Assembly (NCBI GenBank): GCA_025201805.1
Contig: MU619238.1
Location: 358,096 to 422,095 of the forward strand
DNA: 64,000 bases
Source of the DNA: Parasitella parasitica NRRL 2501
Lineage: Eukaryota; Fungi; Mucoromycota
Direction: 5' to 3'
Part shown: one piece after another, positions 12,107-25,520 of the stretch
Numbering within the stretch: position 1 is the stretch's first letter
How the letters are laid out: each line of letters begins with the position of its first letter
Made by a program: the position numbers and the translations under genes
Notes under the pieces: generated by a model
Database searches by the model: none
Told to the model about the DNA's origin: nothing
What the model saw: only the letters and a program-made list of their open reading frames with translations

Positions 12107-14145
12107 ATGCGATTTGCTTATTTATCTATCGCATTGAGCATTCTTTTAACCTTAAACCCGACCGATGCTCAAGGACAACAGCAACAAGGTGACAGCAATA
12201 ATTTTACCATTTTGCAGGCATTGAATGATACAAACTCAAGCCCTGCTCTGAAATTTGTCGAATTCTTGCAATCTTCTCCGGATTACCAGAACATTCTGGA
12301 TATTTTGAATGATCCTTCGAGCAATGTCACGCTGTTTGTACCGTCGGATCAGGTTTACTACGAAGCTACCGGCCAGCAACCGCCTGCTCCTGCTCCTGCT
12401 CCAGTTGGAAATTCAACTGCGGATGGTAATAGTACAGTTGGCACCAATGCCACGACTTCCTCTACTACGGCTGCTGCTGTTGGTGGTTCTACAAGCATTT
12501 CGTCTACTTTATCTTCAAGTGCTTCTTCAGCTACTTCTTCTTCAGCTGGTGGATTATCTGGTTTCTTGTCATCTATTATTGCAGGTGCTTCGTCTTCAGC
12601 TTCGCAGCCTGTTCAGCCGACTGTAGCTCCTGCTACTACTGGTGTCCCTCAAAACAATCCAGTTGTATCTGGTCTTTTTGCCTACAATAATATGGCTAGG
12701 TATGTCAAGATCCCTAATGCTCAAGTAGTCCCGCCATATGATCGTTCCGTTGCTTCAGAGTCCAAAGAGCAACACTCTCTAGTAATGAGAGCACTTTCTG
12801 TCGATCAGCAACAAAGTAATGGCAGCGATTGGGAATCTGTAACTACTGATGCTCCATTTGTTGATCAATTTAGCTTTGCAGACCTTCTTAGTTATCATTT
12901 GGTCAATGGATCAATTCAACTGAATGCCACTCAAAACGCTACCATTATTGTTAATACATTGCTAACCAATGATACGGTGGATAAGCTGGGCCACGGATTA
13001 CCTTTACTCCTCCAGCAAGCACCACAACAAGAAGGTCAAGATCAAGGTCAAGGTCAAGGTCAAGACCAAGACCAAGGACAAGGACAAGGACAAGGACAAG
13101 GACAAGGACAAGGACAAGGACAAGGACAAGGACAAGGTCAAAATCAAACTCAAGGTTTATTATGGCACAGATTGCAACAACAAGCTGATGATATTTCCAA
13201 CACATCTAATGCTGGTGGTAATTGGACTGTAGGCAGTAGCCCCTTTAATAGTGCCAACATCATGACAAATGAAACCATTCAAGCATCAAATGGTATGGTT
13301 TACATTATTGACAAGAGTAAGTATACTATGAGGCACATTTTGGCACGTATGTCGTCGTCTGATCAAACTGTATAGTTTTGGTTCCTCCCGTTAGTCCCTC
13401 TGATTCACTGAATGCTATCCAGAATGCATCTTTTTTTGAATGGTTGTTGACAAAATCAGCTGAAAACAGTACTGTAGACAGCACATCAAATGTAAGAATA
13501 CAGTTATAATTTATCCTATATAATATTTAACTCATCAATCTATGCTAACAACAGATTACTATGTTTGTCCCTACTAATGATGCGTTGCAAAACTTGAATC
13601 TCACTGATTTAAATAATGAAACTCTCCAAGGTGCACTCAAGGCTCATATTGTTCCCGGTATTTATTACACCACTAATTTGACAAGCGAGCCTACTATCGT
13701 TGAATCGGTTGGTGGTACAAACATTACTTTGACCAACTCTGATTCTACAAACAATAGTAGTGTCACAGGTAAATGTTTATGTAGTACGTAATTTGCAGCA
13801 TTCGAATCTAATGAAGGGAGGGGGGTCTATTTAGTGAATAATGCTCACGTTGTGCAAGGAAACATCTTACTAAACAATGGCGTCATGCACTTGATTGATG
13901 GCAGTAAGTAGAAATATGCATTAGCCCTGGTAAATTGCTAAAGTTTACCTGTAGTTTTGGATTTCCCTACCGTCGGTAATGGAAACAACACGGGCACAGA
14001 CAACGGGAATTCTACTGATACCGGTCCCTTCCCTGCTCCTCAAACATCTGCTGAATCCATGGCTATCATGACTACCATGCCAAGGACAGGAAGTACCTTT
14101 GCTCTCTCTCTTTGCACAATCTACGTGTATTTCTCATATTTTTAA
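12107..14145 (+). CDS. Secreted, probably GPI-anchored fasciclin (FAS1) protein with two FAS1 domains, multi-exon
   Basis: Signal peptide; H1 motifs TLFVPSD and TMFVPTNDA; LLSYHLV and LKAHIVPG; H2 motifs ASNGMVYIIDK|VL and NNGVMHLID; hydrophobic C-terminus. Confidence 0.88.
13034..13142 (+). repeat. Hexanucleotide CAAGGA/CAAGGT repeat encoding (GQ)n
   Basis: caaggacaaggacaagga... within the fasciclin CDS. Confidence 0.95.
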
Positions 14146-14282
14146 ATGATTGGATATTGCCTCTGATGATGTATGCATATACATTTATATTTGATCAATA
14201 AATGTTTTTTTTTTCTTATATGTGGAAACAATGATTTATTATGCAGTATTATACAGAAAAGGAAGGAACTTGAACAGACCTT

Positions 14283-15591
14283 TTAAAGTTGAGGGTTATG
14301 TTCTTGCAAATACAACTGAGAAGATGGTATCTGTTGATGACCCAAAGGGCTGGGTGTAGTTGATGGGTAAATGGCAGGAGATGCTGCCGTATGTTGATAC
14401 AATGAGCTTAATCGATATGCTGAATGAGGGGAAGTGGGTCCAGAAACTGGGTATGGTGAAGTAATGAGACTTGGAACTGCACTATTATCAAAATGAGCCG
14501 GCTGCTGATGGTAACTACAAGGTGAGCCAGTGTTATCAAAGTTGGAATGTGCCTGATATGGACCGTAGAATTGCTGTTGGGGTGTGTAGGGTGAATAAAT
14601 GCTTATTGGAGTAGGAGCTGAGTAGGGTTGTATAAAGTTATTGTCTACAGCAACAACTGAAGAGGCCACTGGAACTGGAGGAGAAGGTGGATAGGCTTCC
14701 GAGCCATCTGCCTGATGCACTAGCGGCGAATTTCTTTCAAATGTTGATACATGTTGCTGGTCATCGTGAGAGTATTTCATATCAATGACAGTAGGATTGT
14801 CGTCACCTGAAATGGCCGAAGATGAGCCGCTATTTATGGCGCCGGTAATCTCCTTTTCGTTTGTAGCGTCGATTTGATTGTTTGCTTCAGCGTGTCTTAG
14901 CTTCTTTTCATGCCATAACAAAATGGCGCTGCAGGCAACTGTAGCAACCCCGACAAAGAATGAAAACCAAGAAAACGCAGCTGAAGCTTTAGCACAGTTA
15001 CACTAATTAGATCGTTGTTAGCATATTTGTACAATAAATATGTCTTTGTTTACAAATTACCTGTTTTGACCAAGTGCTAATGTAGCTCTCATTGTCTTTA
15101 AATTCTTTGTCAAATGCACAATTGGAAGCATTTCTAGAATGGCTAGTCATTGAAATCATGGCAAAAAACCATGCCAATGTCATAAAACAGGTGAAAATAA
15201 CCGTAGTGCGAGGTCGCAAGAAAAACTTTCTAATAGAGACAAAGCCTTTTTTGGCCATCAAGACCCAAGGGAAAATGACTAGTGGAACTGACACGAATAG
15301 TGTGATGAGAGCGACAACTAATGTATAATTTGGAGCTGCTTGGCTTGATCCCTATAAAATGTGAAAAATCATGGTTAGACACAGCTATAGATATACGTGT
15401 ATAACTTTGGAGATAATTACTTTGTATGCATTTTCTGCAGATATAATGGGTACCGTAGTGCACAATGTGGCGAATGCAAGAATGATGTGGATGACATGAA
15501 GGCCAATTTTATGAATGCCGAGTTTTGGTAAACTGGAAGGAGTGTCAAACTCTAATTTATCGGCCAAGTCATTCAATTGAAGGCTAATCAT
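14283..15591 (-). CDS. MARVEL-like four-TM membrane protein with Pro/Ser/Tyr-rich tail, 3 exons
   Basis: Four hydrophobic helices; CNCAKASAAFSWFSFF is typical of fungal MARVEL TM4; ATG at 15591. Confidence 0.75.
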
Positions 15592-16085
15592 GATGAATAA
15601 ATAATCTATATAATTTACAGGAAATAATAAAGAGAGTAGGAAAGAACACAAAAATGTTGACATATTTATGTAAAATATTTTTACTAGATTGTTTTGATTC
15701 ATAACCATCACAGAGACCTTATTAGGAAACTTCAAGATGTTGTGTTTTTATTGCTTCCAATTTAGCTTTTGTTGTTGTTGCCATTGTTGTCCCATGTCAC
15801 TGTTGTATCGCATTTATATGGATGTACGCTCACTATTTTCTTCTTCTTATAATACAACAGCTGAATGTTGGTTGCCCAAATCAGATCATGTTACTATGAC
15901 ATATTAAAGGGTGGTATACAACGCCCTATTTTCTGCCTTGGTTGAATCAGCATTGTCCCCAGAAATTGATTGATGTGGCTATAATATGCCTAAAATCTGC
16001 TTGCTATATTTATAATTAATTTGTTTATAAAAATAAATCTTTGTGATAAAAATACTTTCCTAAAATATATAAACTATATTAATCA

Positions 16086-16114
16086 TTCCTCGGAACACGA
16101 CTTCATCCGAGGAA
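16086..16114. promoter_or_regulatory. Perfect 9-bp inverted repeat containing CCTCGG and CCGAGG (FarA/Ctf1-type fatty-acid response motif) upstream of PEX11
   Basis: TTCCTCGGA-N11-TCCGAGGAA, ~80-105 bp before the Pex11 ATG, just after TATATAAA (~16066). Confidence 0.5.
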
Positions 16115-16191
16115 CTGTACTTGATAAAGAAAAACTTTGAAAAAAAGTCCCTCTTTCTTACTCTTTTTTCCTTACAATAACATATCATCTA

Positions 16192-17021
16192 ATGAGCAAC
16201 TCGACTGAAAAATCGCTATACAATTTCGCTCTTCTTGCGCCTCCCTCTCCACCTCCAGAACCAGATACATGTGACCAAAAACCTGTTACACAGCAACGAC
16301 ACCTTACAAAACGTTTGATAGCAACACGATCAGCGGTAACAAGATGGGCTATTATCATTCAAAAACTATTAAAGGAATTGGATGGCCGTGATAAATTAAT
16401 GAAGATTATTCAGTATTTCATCAAGATCTTACTACATTATAAACTAGTGAAAGCAAAGCACTGGTCTACGATCACTAGCCATTTCTCAATGACTCGTAAA
16501 TTATTGAGATTTGGTACAGCGATTGGTCCCATTAGAGAATTATCACCCCTTAAAAGCACTATACCATCGACACTCATAACACTTAATGCGACAGTCAACG
16601 GTATTTCGGATGACATCTTTTGTTTATACAAGTTGGGTGTATTCGGTTCTTATGTAGGCGCACTATTTGAAAGGATCTCGGCTTATTGTTGGTTTGCCGG
16701 TATCTTGGTTGATTTACGAGAAGGCGCCCTTAATATGTCAGCATTAAAAGCCAAATCAACGGAAAACGAGAAACCAAATACTCAGTTAATCCAAAAAATT
16801 CATATTGCAGAGGTCTCGATTATCAAATTACTCATGGACGCAGTATTCTGTGGTGAGCGGTTTTTTCTTTGTAAAGAATTACATGGCTATAAATGCTAAT
16901 CATTGAATACATAGCATGTGATATACGACCACCAAAACAAGCTGCCAGCATTCAGGCATGGTCTGGTTTCTTCAGTGGTGTATTGGCAGGATACAAATTA
17001 TGGATCAAGTTTTCAGCTTAA
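16192..17021 (+). CDS. PEX11: Peroxisomal biogenesis factor Pex11 family protein, 2 exons
   Basis: LDGRDKLMKIIQY, FSMTRKLLRFG, SDDIFCLYKLG, CWFAGI, KLLMDAVFC|...SGVLAGYKLW. Confidence 0.9.
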
Positions 17022-17299
17022 TTGATATAGCAACATTCAAAATCTATGAATATCTTTTTAAAAGTTTATGTAATCTAAAATCGTTTACATTTTATTAATA
17101 TTTCACCACATATTGTGGCTGCACTACTAATTATACAAATTATTACCCACACCATATAGTCTTTAAATCATTATTTATTAAACATATTACCCTATTATGT
17201 CGGTTTTTTTCCAACATGGATATTTACTTTTGAAATATTACCAAATGGCCTACTTTTTGCTTATGAAATTCTTGTACGGGGTATAGCACTTTATCAACT

Positions 17300-18400
17300 T
17301 GAAAATGCTGATGTTTGCGCCAATGTATTGTTTTCATAGAACACCATGGTTAACACTATTTCAACTCAATTGTTCCTGATTGAATCCAAGGTTAAATGTC
17401 ACCGGTTATTCTATACAGTAAATAGAAGTAATTAATATAATGTCATGTATGAGAAACCATATATTTGGGGTCTACTTGATCTAAATTGCGAAGCTAAACT
17501 TATCGATGAATGATTTACATCCATAATTATTAGCTGATGAACAATAAAGAGAGGTCTTGCTCCGGTAACTACTGTATTATTACCTTATGTTTGACAATTA
17601 AATGTCATCAAACATGATCTGATTGTATTCAAGGATTGATTCATGTACATTGAATCTATTTAAATAGATAGCTTCTTTTTAATCAGTAGTTTGCATCTGG
17701 TAACTTATAGTCTTCCTTACTTTCTTCACTTTATCACACATAATCATCTGCTGTGCTCATTTCTCAAGACATGGCACATCAAAGTATATTGTGAAGCAAA
17801 ATTCAGCTCTAAAATTTAGTATTGTTGCTTTGCTGAATGTCTTACAACTGACTGTTGACAGCAGGGCGAGGATACTATGCTAAGACTTGGCACAGCTATT
17901 ACGCCACTTTATCAGCTGAGGTTCGGCACTCATCTTGTGTTTGGTGAAATAAAACCTGCGTAGCCAACAGATGATTAAAATGCATTTGGTTGGTGTTTCG
18001 TACGGCTGGCCTATCTGATTGAAAAGTGCTTAGAGAGCTACCCACTAAATACTTCATTTAGCTTTCAGTTTCATGGTTAGTACGTTTCATTGTGAATGCT
18101 ATTTAAAATCTCTCATGTCGGTTATGACAGACTTCTCAGCTGCTTTTCTAAATGAATTGAGAAGATATATATTATAATGACGGAAATTGATGAAAAAGGG
18201 TTTCCACGACTATTAAATGCTACATCTACTGCCCTTAAAACTTACAGCTATTGATTAAATGTGCCTCCTGAGTTCACTGCAAATCTAGTCTCTCTCCACC
18301 GATTGCCAAAGTAAAATGAACAAGGTCTGTTAGTATCAGTCTTTTGCATAAGTTTGTGGACCCACACAAAACTGTTGACTAACTGCCAAGTTTTTTGACA
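17300..18400 (+). mobile_element. Possible highly decayed MULE-like transposase relic
   Basis: Stop-riddled coding-like sequence; HLLCSFLKTWHIK near 17745-17785 faintly resembles MULE LCxWH motif. Confidence 0.2.
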
Positions 18401-19529
18401 TTGGCTTCTACCTCTAGATCATCGACTTGACGCCTCATTTTCGAATGTGTATACAATAATATTCACTCGCGTTTCATTTTTCTTGTATCAAAAATTGCAA
18501 ATAAATAATGCAGTCCGGCTCTGGAGACAAAGTATTCATTATATGAAGTTCCCTTCAAGCAATTACTAGGCAGAAAAAAGGAGGTGCGTCTTTCTATATC
18601 CACGGCCCGATTCAGAGCGAGCAAGTTCTATTTGTCAACATTAACCTCTCTTTTTCTTTTATAGAATCTCTTATCGCATTTATACCATGTGACCAAACAA
18701 TCCCAAATTCGTATAAATGTTTGGTATCTTGAAACATGCATGCGCGGTTTAACCTTCACAAATGTTAATTTGCATTCACGTAATCTTTCAACCATGGTAC
18801 TGTACTCAGACTTCTTCTAATGCATCTAGCACGAAAATGTTGAGAGACATAAATGGAATATTCTGATTCTTTATGCAAGACGATTAATTATATGGAATCA
18901 ACAATGAAATAACAACGCACGTATGTTCTTTATTAATCTTCCATAATAGTATCATCTATGCCTCACTAAATCTAGTGAACTTCTTGGCACTATAATATAA
19001 TGCTTTGATTTAATGTAGAGCACTTTTTAAAGTTCTTGTTTGCTACCTACTACAATAACGATACAGTGAATCTAAAAATACACTCTAATTGTCACACCAT
19101 CAACGTCTTTACCTATAATAATTGTGATTCACTTTGGATATAATGTGTTTACTTTTGACGTGGAAAATACTGAAATAAAGGAATTACTGAACCTTTACAC
19201 TGTGAATAGATTGGTCTCCAATATAAGGGTCTAAAACAGTATTTTAAAAAATTTCCACTGTGCTTTGGTTGGTTGCATAATTAGGGAACCTTCTCCACAA
19301 AAGATGCATGTCGTTTCATTAAACCGCGGACTGGGCTTGAACCAGGTGGTAACTTTCGTTCTGATGTTACATATTTTTCTATATCGAATCATCCAGCAAC
19401 GTGAACTTGGTCAAACCACTTTTTTTTTAACAACGGGTGTTCGGCTAACAAAACAGTCGAGGAAGGGCCCTTTTTTTTTTTATTATTATTTCAAAGATAA
19501 AATATACAAAATAAAGGAATAAATATATG

Positions 19530-20686
19530 TCAACGATGAGACAGGGGATCAAGAGGAGACATGTACGAAGAATAGGAATTTCGGTGGCTGTTTGTTGTTG
19601 TTGTTGCTGTTGCATGGTGTCTAGGCGTATGTGGTGAATTTGGAGAATACAAAGAGCTCGAATTATCTAGTTCGTCGTCTGAAATAAGCATACTAGGACT
19701 TGGACTAGGCGGCAACTGATGGCCATAAGGACCTAGTGACATTCGGCTGCTGCCTTCCAGGTTTTGTGTCTGTACAGTCAACGGCGAACGGGATACACCA
19801 AACATATCATCTAAAATGTTATTATTTGAAGGATCATGGGAAGTGACAAATATGGATGGGGGCTTTTCATGTTGTTTGTATTCATATTGTTCTATTTGAT
19901 GATTCTGTAATTCAGGTGGCAGTTGCCCTCCGTTTTGCTGCGAAATATAGTTCATCATAATCTTCATGAATTGTTGTTGAGTTTCTTGTTTCTGCTTTGT
20001 TTCTTCCAGCTCCTTAACCACCTGAGTGAAATTCTCGTATAGATTTTGGATTTGCTGGATCATCTCGGACTGAGATGTCTGCAGCATGGCTATATGTCCT
20101 TGAAGATCTCCATTATCTTTTCTGGTGCTATCTGCTTCCATTGATTTACGTTTGATTTCGTCCAAAAGATCAGGTCGGTTTCGTAGGAATTTGGGATGAG
20201 AGAATTCCCATATTTGGTTTTCTGCTAGTGTGCGATGACCTCTTGGGGATTTATTTACCTTGTGGAAGCCATACATATTGAGCTGTCTAACAAAGCTACT
20301 AAAGTTGTTGTGTTTAAAATGCTTGGGCAACACATCTCGAGAAAACTCCATGATATTGCACACAATGAAGGATGAGCCGTTGTAGGCCCAAGAAATCAAA
20401 TGCTGGTAGTGGACATCTACCACCATGCTAAAGACATGTTGGTTAAACATATGATTTACAGTTTTACTTTATAGACTTACTTGTATAACTTGTGGACAAA
20501 TGTGTTTGTATGTGCTGGTTTTTGGGTTGTGTTGGGAGGCGGAGGAGGTAATTGAGATCTCGCTTGAGCTGCATTGACATTTGCATAGAATTGAGGTGAG
20601 GAATGGACAGAAGAAAATAAGCCTCGGTGGTCGATAGTTGTGCTTGTATCAAAATGGAAGTCTGAAGAAACTGATCTACGATGCAT
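19530..20686 (-). CDS. HSF-type DNA-binding transcription factor (Hsf/Skn7/Sfl1-like DBD plus coiled coil), 2 exons
   Basis: NTFVHKLY|NMVVD..LISW, FSRDVLPKHFKHNNFSSFVRQLNMYGFHKV, WEFSHPKFLR; no receiver domain evident. Confidence 0.93.
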
Positions 20687-23117
20687 TTTTTTTGTTAGGG
20701 GAATAGAGTGAAGAAGAAGGAAAAAGCCTTTTAAGCGAACCTAATCAAAGATTTAACACTTTCATCGATTTTTTTTTAAAACCGCGTCTCTGAATAGAAT
20801 GTCAAGAAGAAAGAGGCATTGTAAAATTTTGCTTCAAAAGGCAATTCTGTAAGTCTTTGCAAGGCATTGCCACAATTGTGTCAGCATATTGCAGCTTTGT
20901 TTGACAGGGAAAGTACTGAATCTATTGACAAAGATGCAGCTTCGTCAATACTATTATACTTTTTTTTTTTTATTTTTTTTTTATTTTTGTGCGATATTTT
21001 ATGAAGTCATCTCTGTTTAATCCTTTTTATTATTAGAAAAATGCAAGTGTCAAAAGATACCACGTTTGAGGTTTGATTGGTCAAGGTTTGCTCCGCAACT
21101 AATTGTAACCAACTACACCAAATTGTCTTTGAAACCAGACCTTCTATGATCTATTGGCAATACAAAACCCACACGCCATTTCATGTCTCATATTACCAAG
21201 GTCTTTGTAATTGGTAATCCTGAAGCAAATATTAGCTGCTGATTTTGGATCTATGAAATTCGTGCCTTAATTTTATCACACCCAATAATACACTTGGTAA
21301 GATTACGATAGAAATTTGAATTCGCATAACTGCAAGATGCATCATCAACAAAGCCTTGGTCTCAATGTACACACGACTCTCATAAGCCTGTTGATCTGAC
21401 TAGAATCCCTTAAACTTTGTAAAAAAGCTGACACCATTTGCAAGCAATTTATTATAGTACTATTGCATCTATTGGCAGGTATTCAGTTATATGTTAATAC
21501 ATTATATAGTATCAATACACAAAACAAGTGTTTAGCTCGAAACCCTAGTTTTGACTCGTTACTCGTAATAACTAGGGGGCCCTTTTTATCCAATTGCAAA
21601 ACTTTATTAGATTTTAAATTCTAGCCTATTAAATAAGTAAAACTAAAAAAAGCAAGAAGATAATTTAAATTCACAAGCATTCATACAGAGTTTGAATGAA
21701 TATAACGAATCTTTCTGTTTTTATCATCTATGTTGATGCTCAACTTGTGTCAAATTGAATCAGCCAAAGGCTGTAATGGCAGCATTTTTTTTTTTTTTGT
21801 ATATTACATCAGTCGGTAGACCACACTCTAACAAATATGTATAAACAAAAGTAATTGTCAGAGACATGAATTTGGTCATATTGTTAAGAGTCTTAAAATG
21901 GCTCTTAGAGAAAATGTAATTTCCATGAACGCAAAGGTAGACTATTTGGCTTCAATTACATTTGTTTTGATAAAAGCTTATAATTTTGCATAATTAATAC
22001 CTAAAATGGTAACTTTATATGAATATGAATGAATATTTTCGACTAGTGTTACCACAGGAAAAACTCTATTTTTTGACGTCAGACTCCCTAATGTTTTTGG
22101 CTATATACATCAATCTATCAACACAGTCAGATCATATTTAATATTTAGTGGTCAACAAGATCATAATATTCGATCCGACGTAGGAAAGTCTGCTAGTTTG
22201 TAAAATTTGAAAGAAAGAAAAAAGCGAATTTTATGGAGTGGTTTGTAAACTTTTTGTTATTTGAAGGTTAAGTAGGTTTTGGGGGCAGCACAAGCTTGGA
22301 CACCGCTTTAGTAAGGCTAAATTATTGACCTTCACAAGCTCTTACTCTCTGAAACACTTGTTATTTATTAGATTGGTTAATATAAGTATATTTTGTCTTT
22401 TCAGATTCGTCTTGGCCCTCCCCAGAATTTAAGCACTTTCTCAACGTAAATATTTAGTTTGACTAGATAATACGAATGCAAGAAAATAAACATTTCAGTA
22501 GCACAAAATGTCTAGATTTACAAAGTCTTTGGATAATATTTGAGCTTGGGATCATAGGCCTTTTTATCAAGAACTATTTCTTCAAAAATTTTGCAAAAAA
22601 TGCAACTTTTTTTTATATATTACTTACAGACCACTATTAATATTATGCAGCGCATATATAAAAAGTTTTTTGGATGGATTCCTCATTTCCAAACTTCCAT
22701 TTACAATAGACGTTGCACTACAAAGGTTCGAGTTGATTACTGCAGTGACTGTTTGCATGCTTATACGGTACAGTACAGAATCCTCAAACAACATGCAAAA
22801 TTGAAGCCACCAAAGTATGCATAATGAACTCCCAACTTCAATTTTACCACTCAGGCTGTGATAAGTCGTTAATAAACAATATCCATGTTAATTATTCTCT
22901 CTCAAGGATAAAAATAATAGACCAAGAGATGATGTATCTAGTTAACGAAAGGATTGATGAAATTTATCTCATTAGGTTATCATTAGGTTTGTTGAAACAC
23001 CGTCCAAGAAGCCAGAGCTGTTCAAAATTTTCATGTTAAACAAAAAATCTTTTCAAATTTTTCTTTTGCCAGCTCTTGTAAAGTTTCATCAAATTTGGAG
23101 TTTTTATAATTTTGAAT

Positions 23118-24483
23118 ATGTGTAAAGTCGAAGAAAAATCAAAGTTTCGGTATTTATTTGTCCCTAATATTTGATTTTTAGCTGGAAAGAAGAAAGCACA
23201 AAAAATGTCATTATCTGACTTTTTAGCCAAGGATGGTAAGTGATGCTTTGTCTTCGAAGGAACCAATATTTAATATTCAATTTTTCTTGCTTATAGCCGG
23301 CAGTGATGCGTCTTGGGCTGATGATATGATTGATCTTCCCTCTGCTCGTAAGTCGTATCTAGTCTTTTTCATCCTCTTTTTTTTTTCAGAGTGAATGAAA
23401 TTCTACTGTCTAAAAAAGTGATGAATCCAATGAAAAAAATTCTCTACTAATACGTTTGTGACATTTCCATTAATCTGATTAGCTGCTAGTAAGAGAAATG
23501 TTTATACCCAGGCTTTCAAATGAATGTTTTTAACCATTTAATCCATTTATGCAGGTAAGGTAGACAGCGCTGACCAGAGGGACCGCAGCTATGGTAATAA
23601 TGACCGTGGTTCTGGCAATGGCAACTATAGTGAGCGAGACCAAAGCTTCGGTGGAGATCGTGGTGGTAATCGTTATGGTAAATAATGTATTTAGAGTTTA
23701 TGCGTATGGAAGAGAGACATTTGGGAGCTGACATATTTCATGTTTTGATATAACGTAAAGGTCGTGGGGGTTTTGGGCACCAAGAGCGCAATTTTGCTTC
23801 CCGTGCTCCAGTTGATCTCCCCGAACAACCTCCTTACACCGCACATGTTGCCAACTTATCATTTGACGCTACTGACGACGATTTAACTGATTTGTTTAGC
23901 GGTTTGAAGGTTTCCAATATCCGTCTTATCACGGATCGTGTAAATGGGAGATCCAAAGGTTTCGGCTATGTTGAATTTGAAGATGTCGATTCTCTCAAGG
24001 GTGCTTTGGAATTGTCTGGCGAAAGTGTTAAAGGCCGTAATATTCGTATTAATGTTGCTGAACCTAGTATGTATATTGCGTTAAATATTGTTATCAGGAT
24101 AACTGAGCAACCATTGAATGATAGCTCGTGAAAGAGAGCAGGCACGTCGAACTGATCGTACCGAGGTTGATTCATGGCGTCGTAGTAGTTCTGACGCTCC
24201 TAGTCGTGGATTCGGAGAAAGTAACCAGAGTAGCTTTGGTCGTGGCTTCGGCAATCGCAACAGTAGTTTCGGTGGTGGAAGTAAGTCTTTGACAGTTGAA
24301 ATGTGAGGCACATGCTGATAGAATATGGATTTAGATCATCAATCTGAAAGACCTCGTCTCAATTTGAAACCTCGTACTGTTGATTCAGTGACAGGTAGTG
24401 AACCTACATCTGCTCGTAATAATAAGCCTGACCCTTTCGGCGGAGCTAAGCCCGTTGATACTGGAAATAAGCACTTGGTCTAA
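23118..24483 (+). CDS. TIF3: Translation initiation factor eIF4B (RRM), many small exons
   Basis: MSGKKKAQKMSLSDFL, SWADDMIDLPSAP, LPEQPPYTAHVANLSF, KGFGYVEFED, ERPRLNLKPRT, PDPFGGAKPVDT. Confidence 0.9.
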
Positions 24484-25520
24484 AAATGAGTAGTAATTAC
24501 AACGAAAATAAACTAAGGGATACGTTCATTTGATTAAACAATTTAGCGGCATCTTAAAGCATGATAGGTATATTATGTATTTTTCATGATACACTTTTTT
24601 TGGGTTAATATGTTATACAATTGATAAATATATTTCTCAGTTGATTTAACATCTATTCCACCGATTTTGATAGATGCAAAAAGAGCTAAATTAGTGCGCT
24701 GCCGTTCAAACAATTGTGGAGAGTGTATGCCGTTCCTGTCCTAGACTTCCAAAAAGTAACCTGTACAATTACCCGGCACTTCAATTAATTTATCAACTAT
24801 TGATAGATAAAAGAATGTATAACTAATAAAATATTAAATACAATTGAGTAGTAATAGTACGAAAGCTATTTTCGATTACTCATGCAATGGTTTTAAATCA
24901 GGAAATTAGAATTGAGTTGCCAACGCAACCAAAAACGTCAGACCCTGTTAAGGTGAGGACACAGGCTGAAAAAATATTGAAATGTATGATAATTGTCTAC
25001 AGATACCGACACTAAATTATGGCATCAAATTTCTTTACGGCGTTGAATTTTATCAATGCCGACATCTTCCTTTACCTCGATAAGTAAATATGATAAGAAG
25101 TATGATGTCAAGTTGCTAAAAGAGCATCTTGGTGCCCTTCCTTGATTTAACAACCGTAGGCACCCGTTGCAACCAACGTCATAATATATATACGATATTA
25201 TTGACAAAGTGTTAAAACATCCTTACAAATGTCGTCAGAAATTGATTAAATGGTTAAAAAAAAAAGGAAAGTTCATACTGATTGTATGATAGTGCGACAA
25301 TAAGCTTAACCAGAGATACAGATTAATAAATAATCTTCTTTTTTCCAATAAAAACGTTACTATTAGTTCATCAATTCTTACACTTTGATTTGACCCCGCA
25401 AACGGAGTCTTGTAATGACGATAAATCAAGGCAATAGTATAAATAGAGGTCGTTTTATTTGATTCAAAAAGTCAATTTCTCTATAACATTTGGATAAACA
25501 ACAAACACATTGTATACAAC

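Noticed and set aside
12951-13232. Poly-VL and poly-KD ORFs
   Set aside because: Alternate frames of the CAAGGA repeat
19320-19470. tRNA-like T-arm/B-box (CTGG-TTCAAGC-CCAG) on the minus strand
   Set aside because: No acceptor stem, D-arm or anticodon arm can be folded; lies just downstream of the HSF gene stop
21543-21577. Inverted repeat CCCTAGTT...AACTAGGG
   Set aside because: An 8-bp stem is expected by chance at this scale; no associated feature
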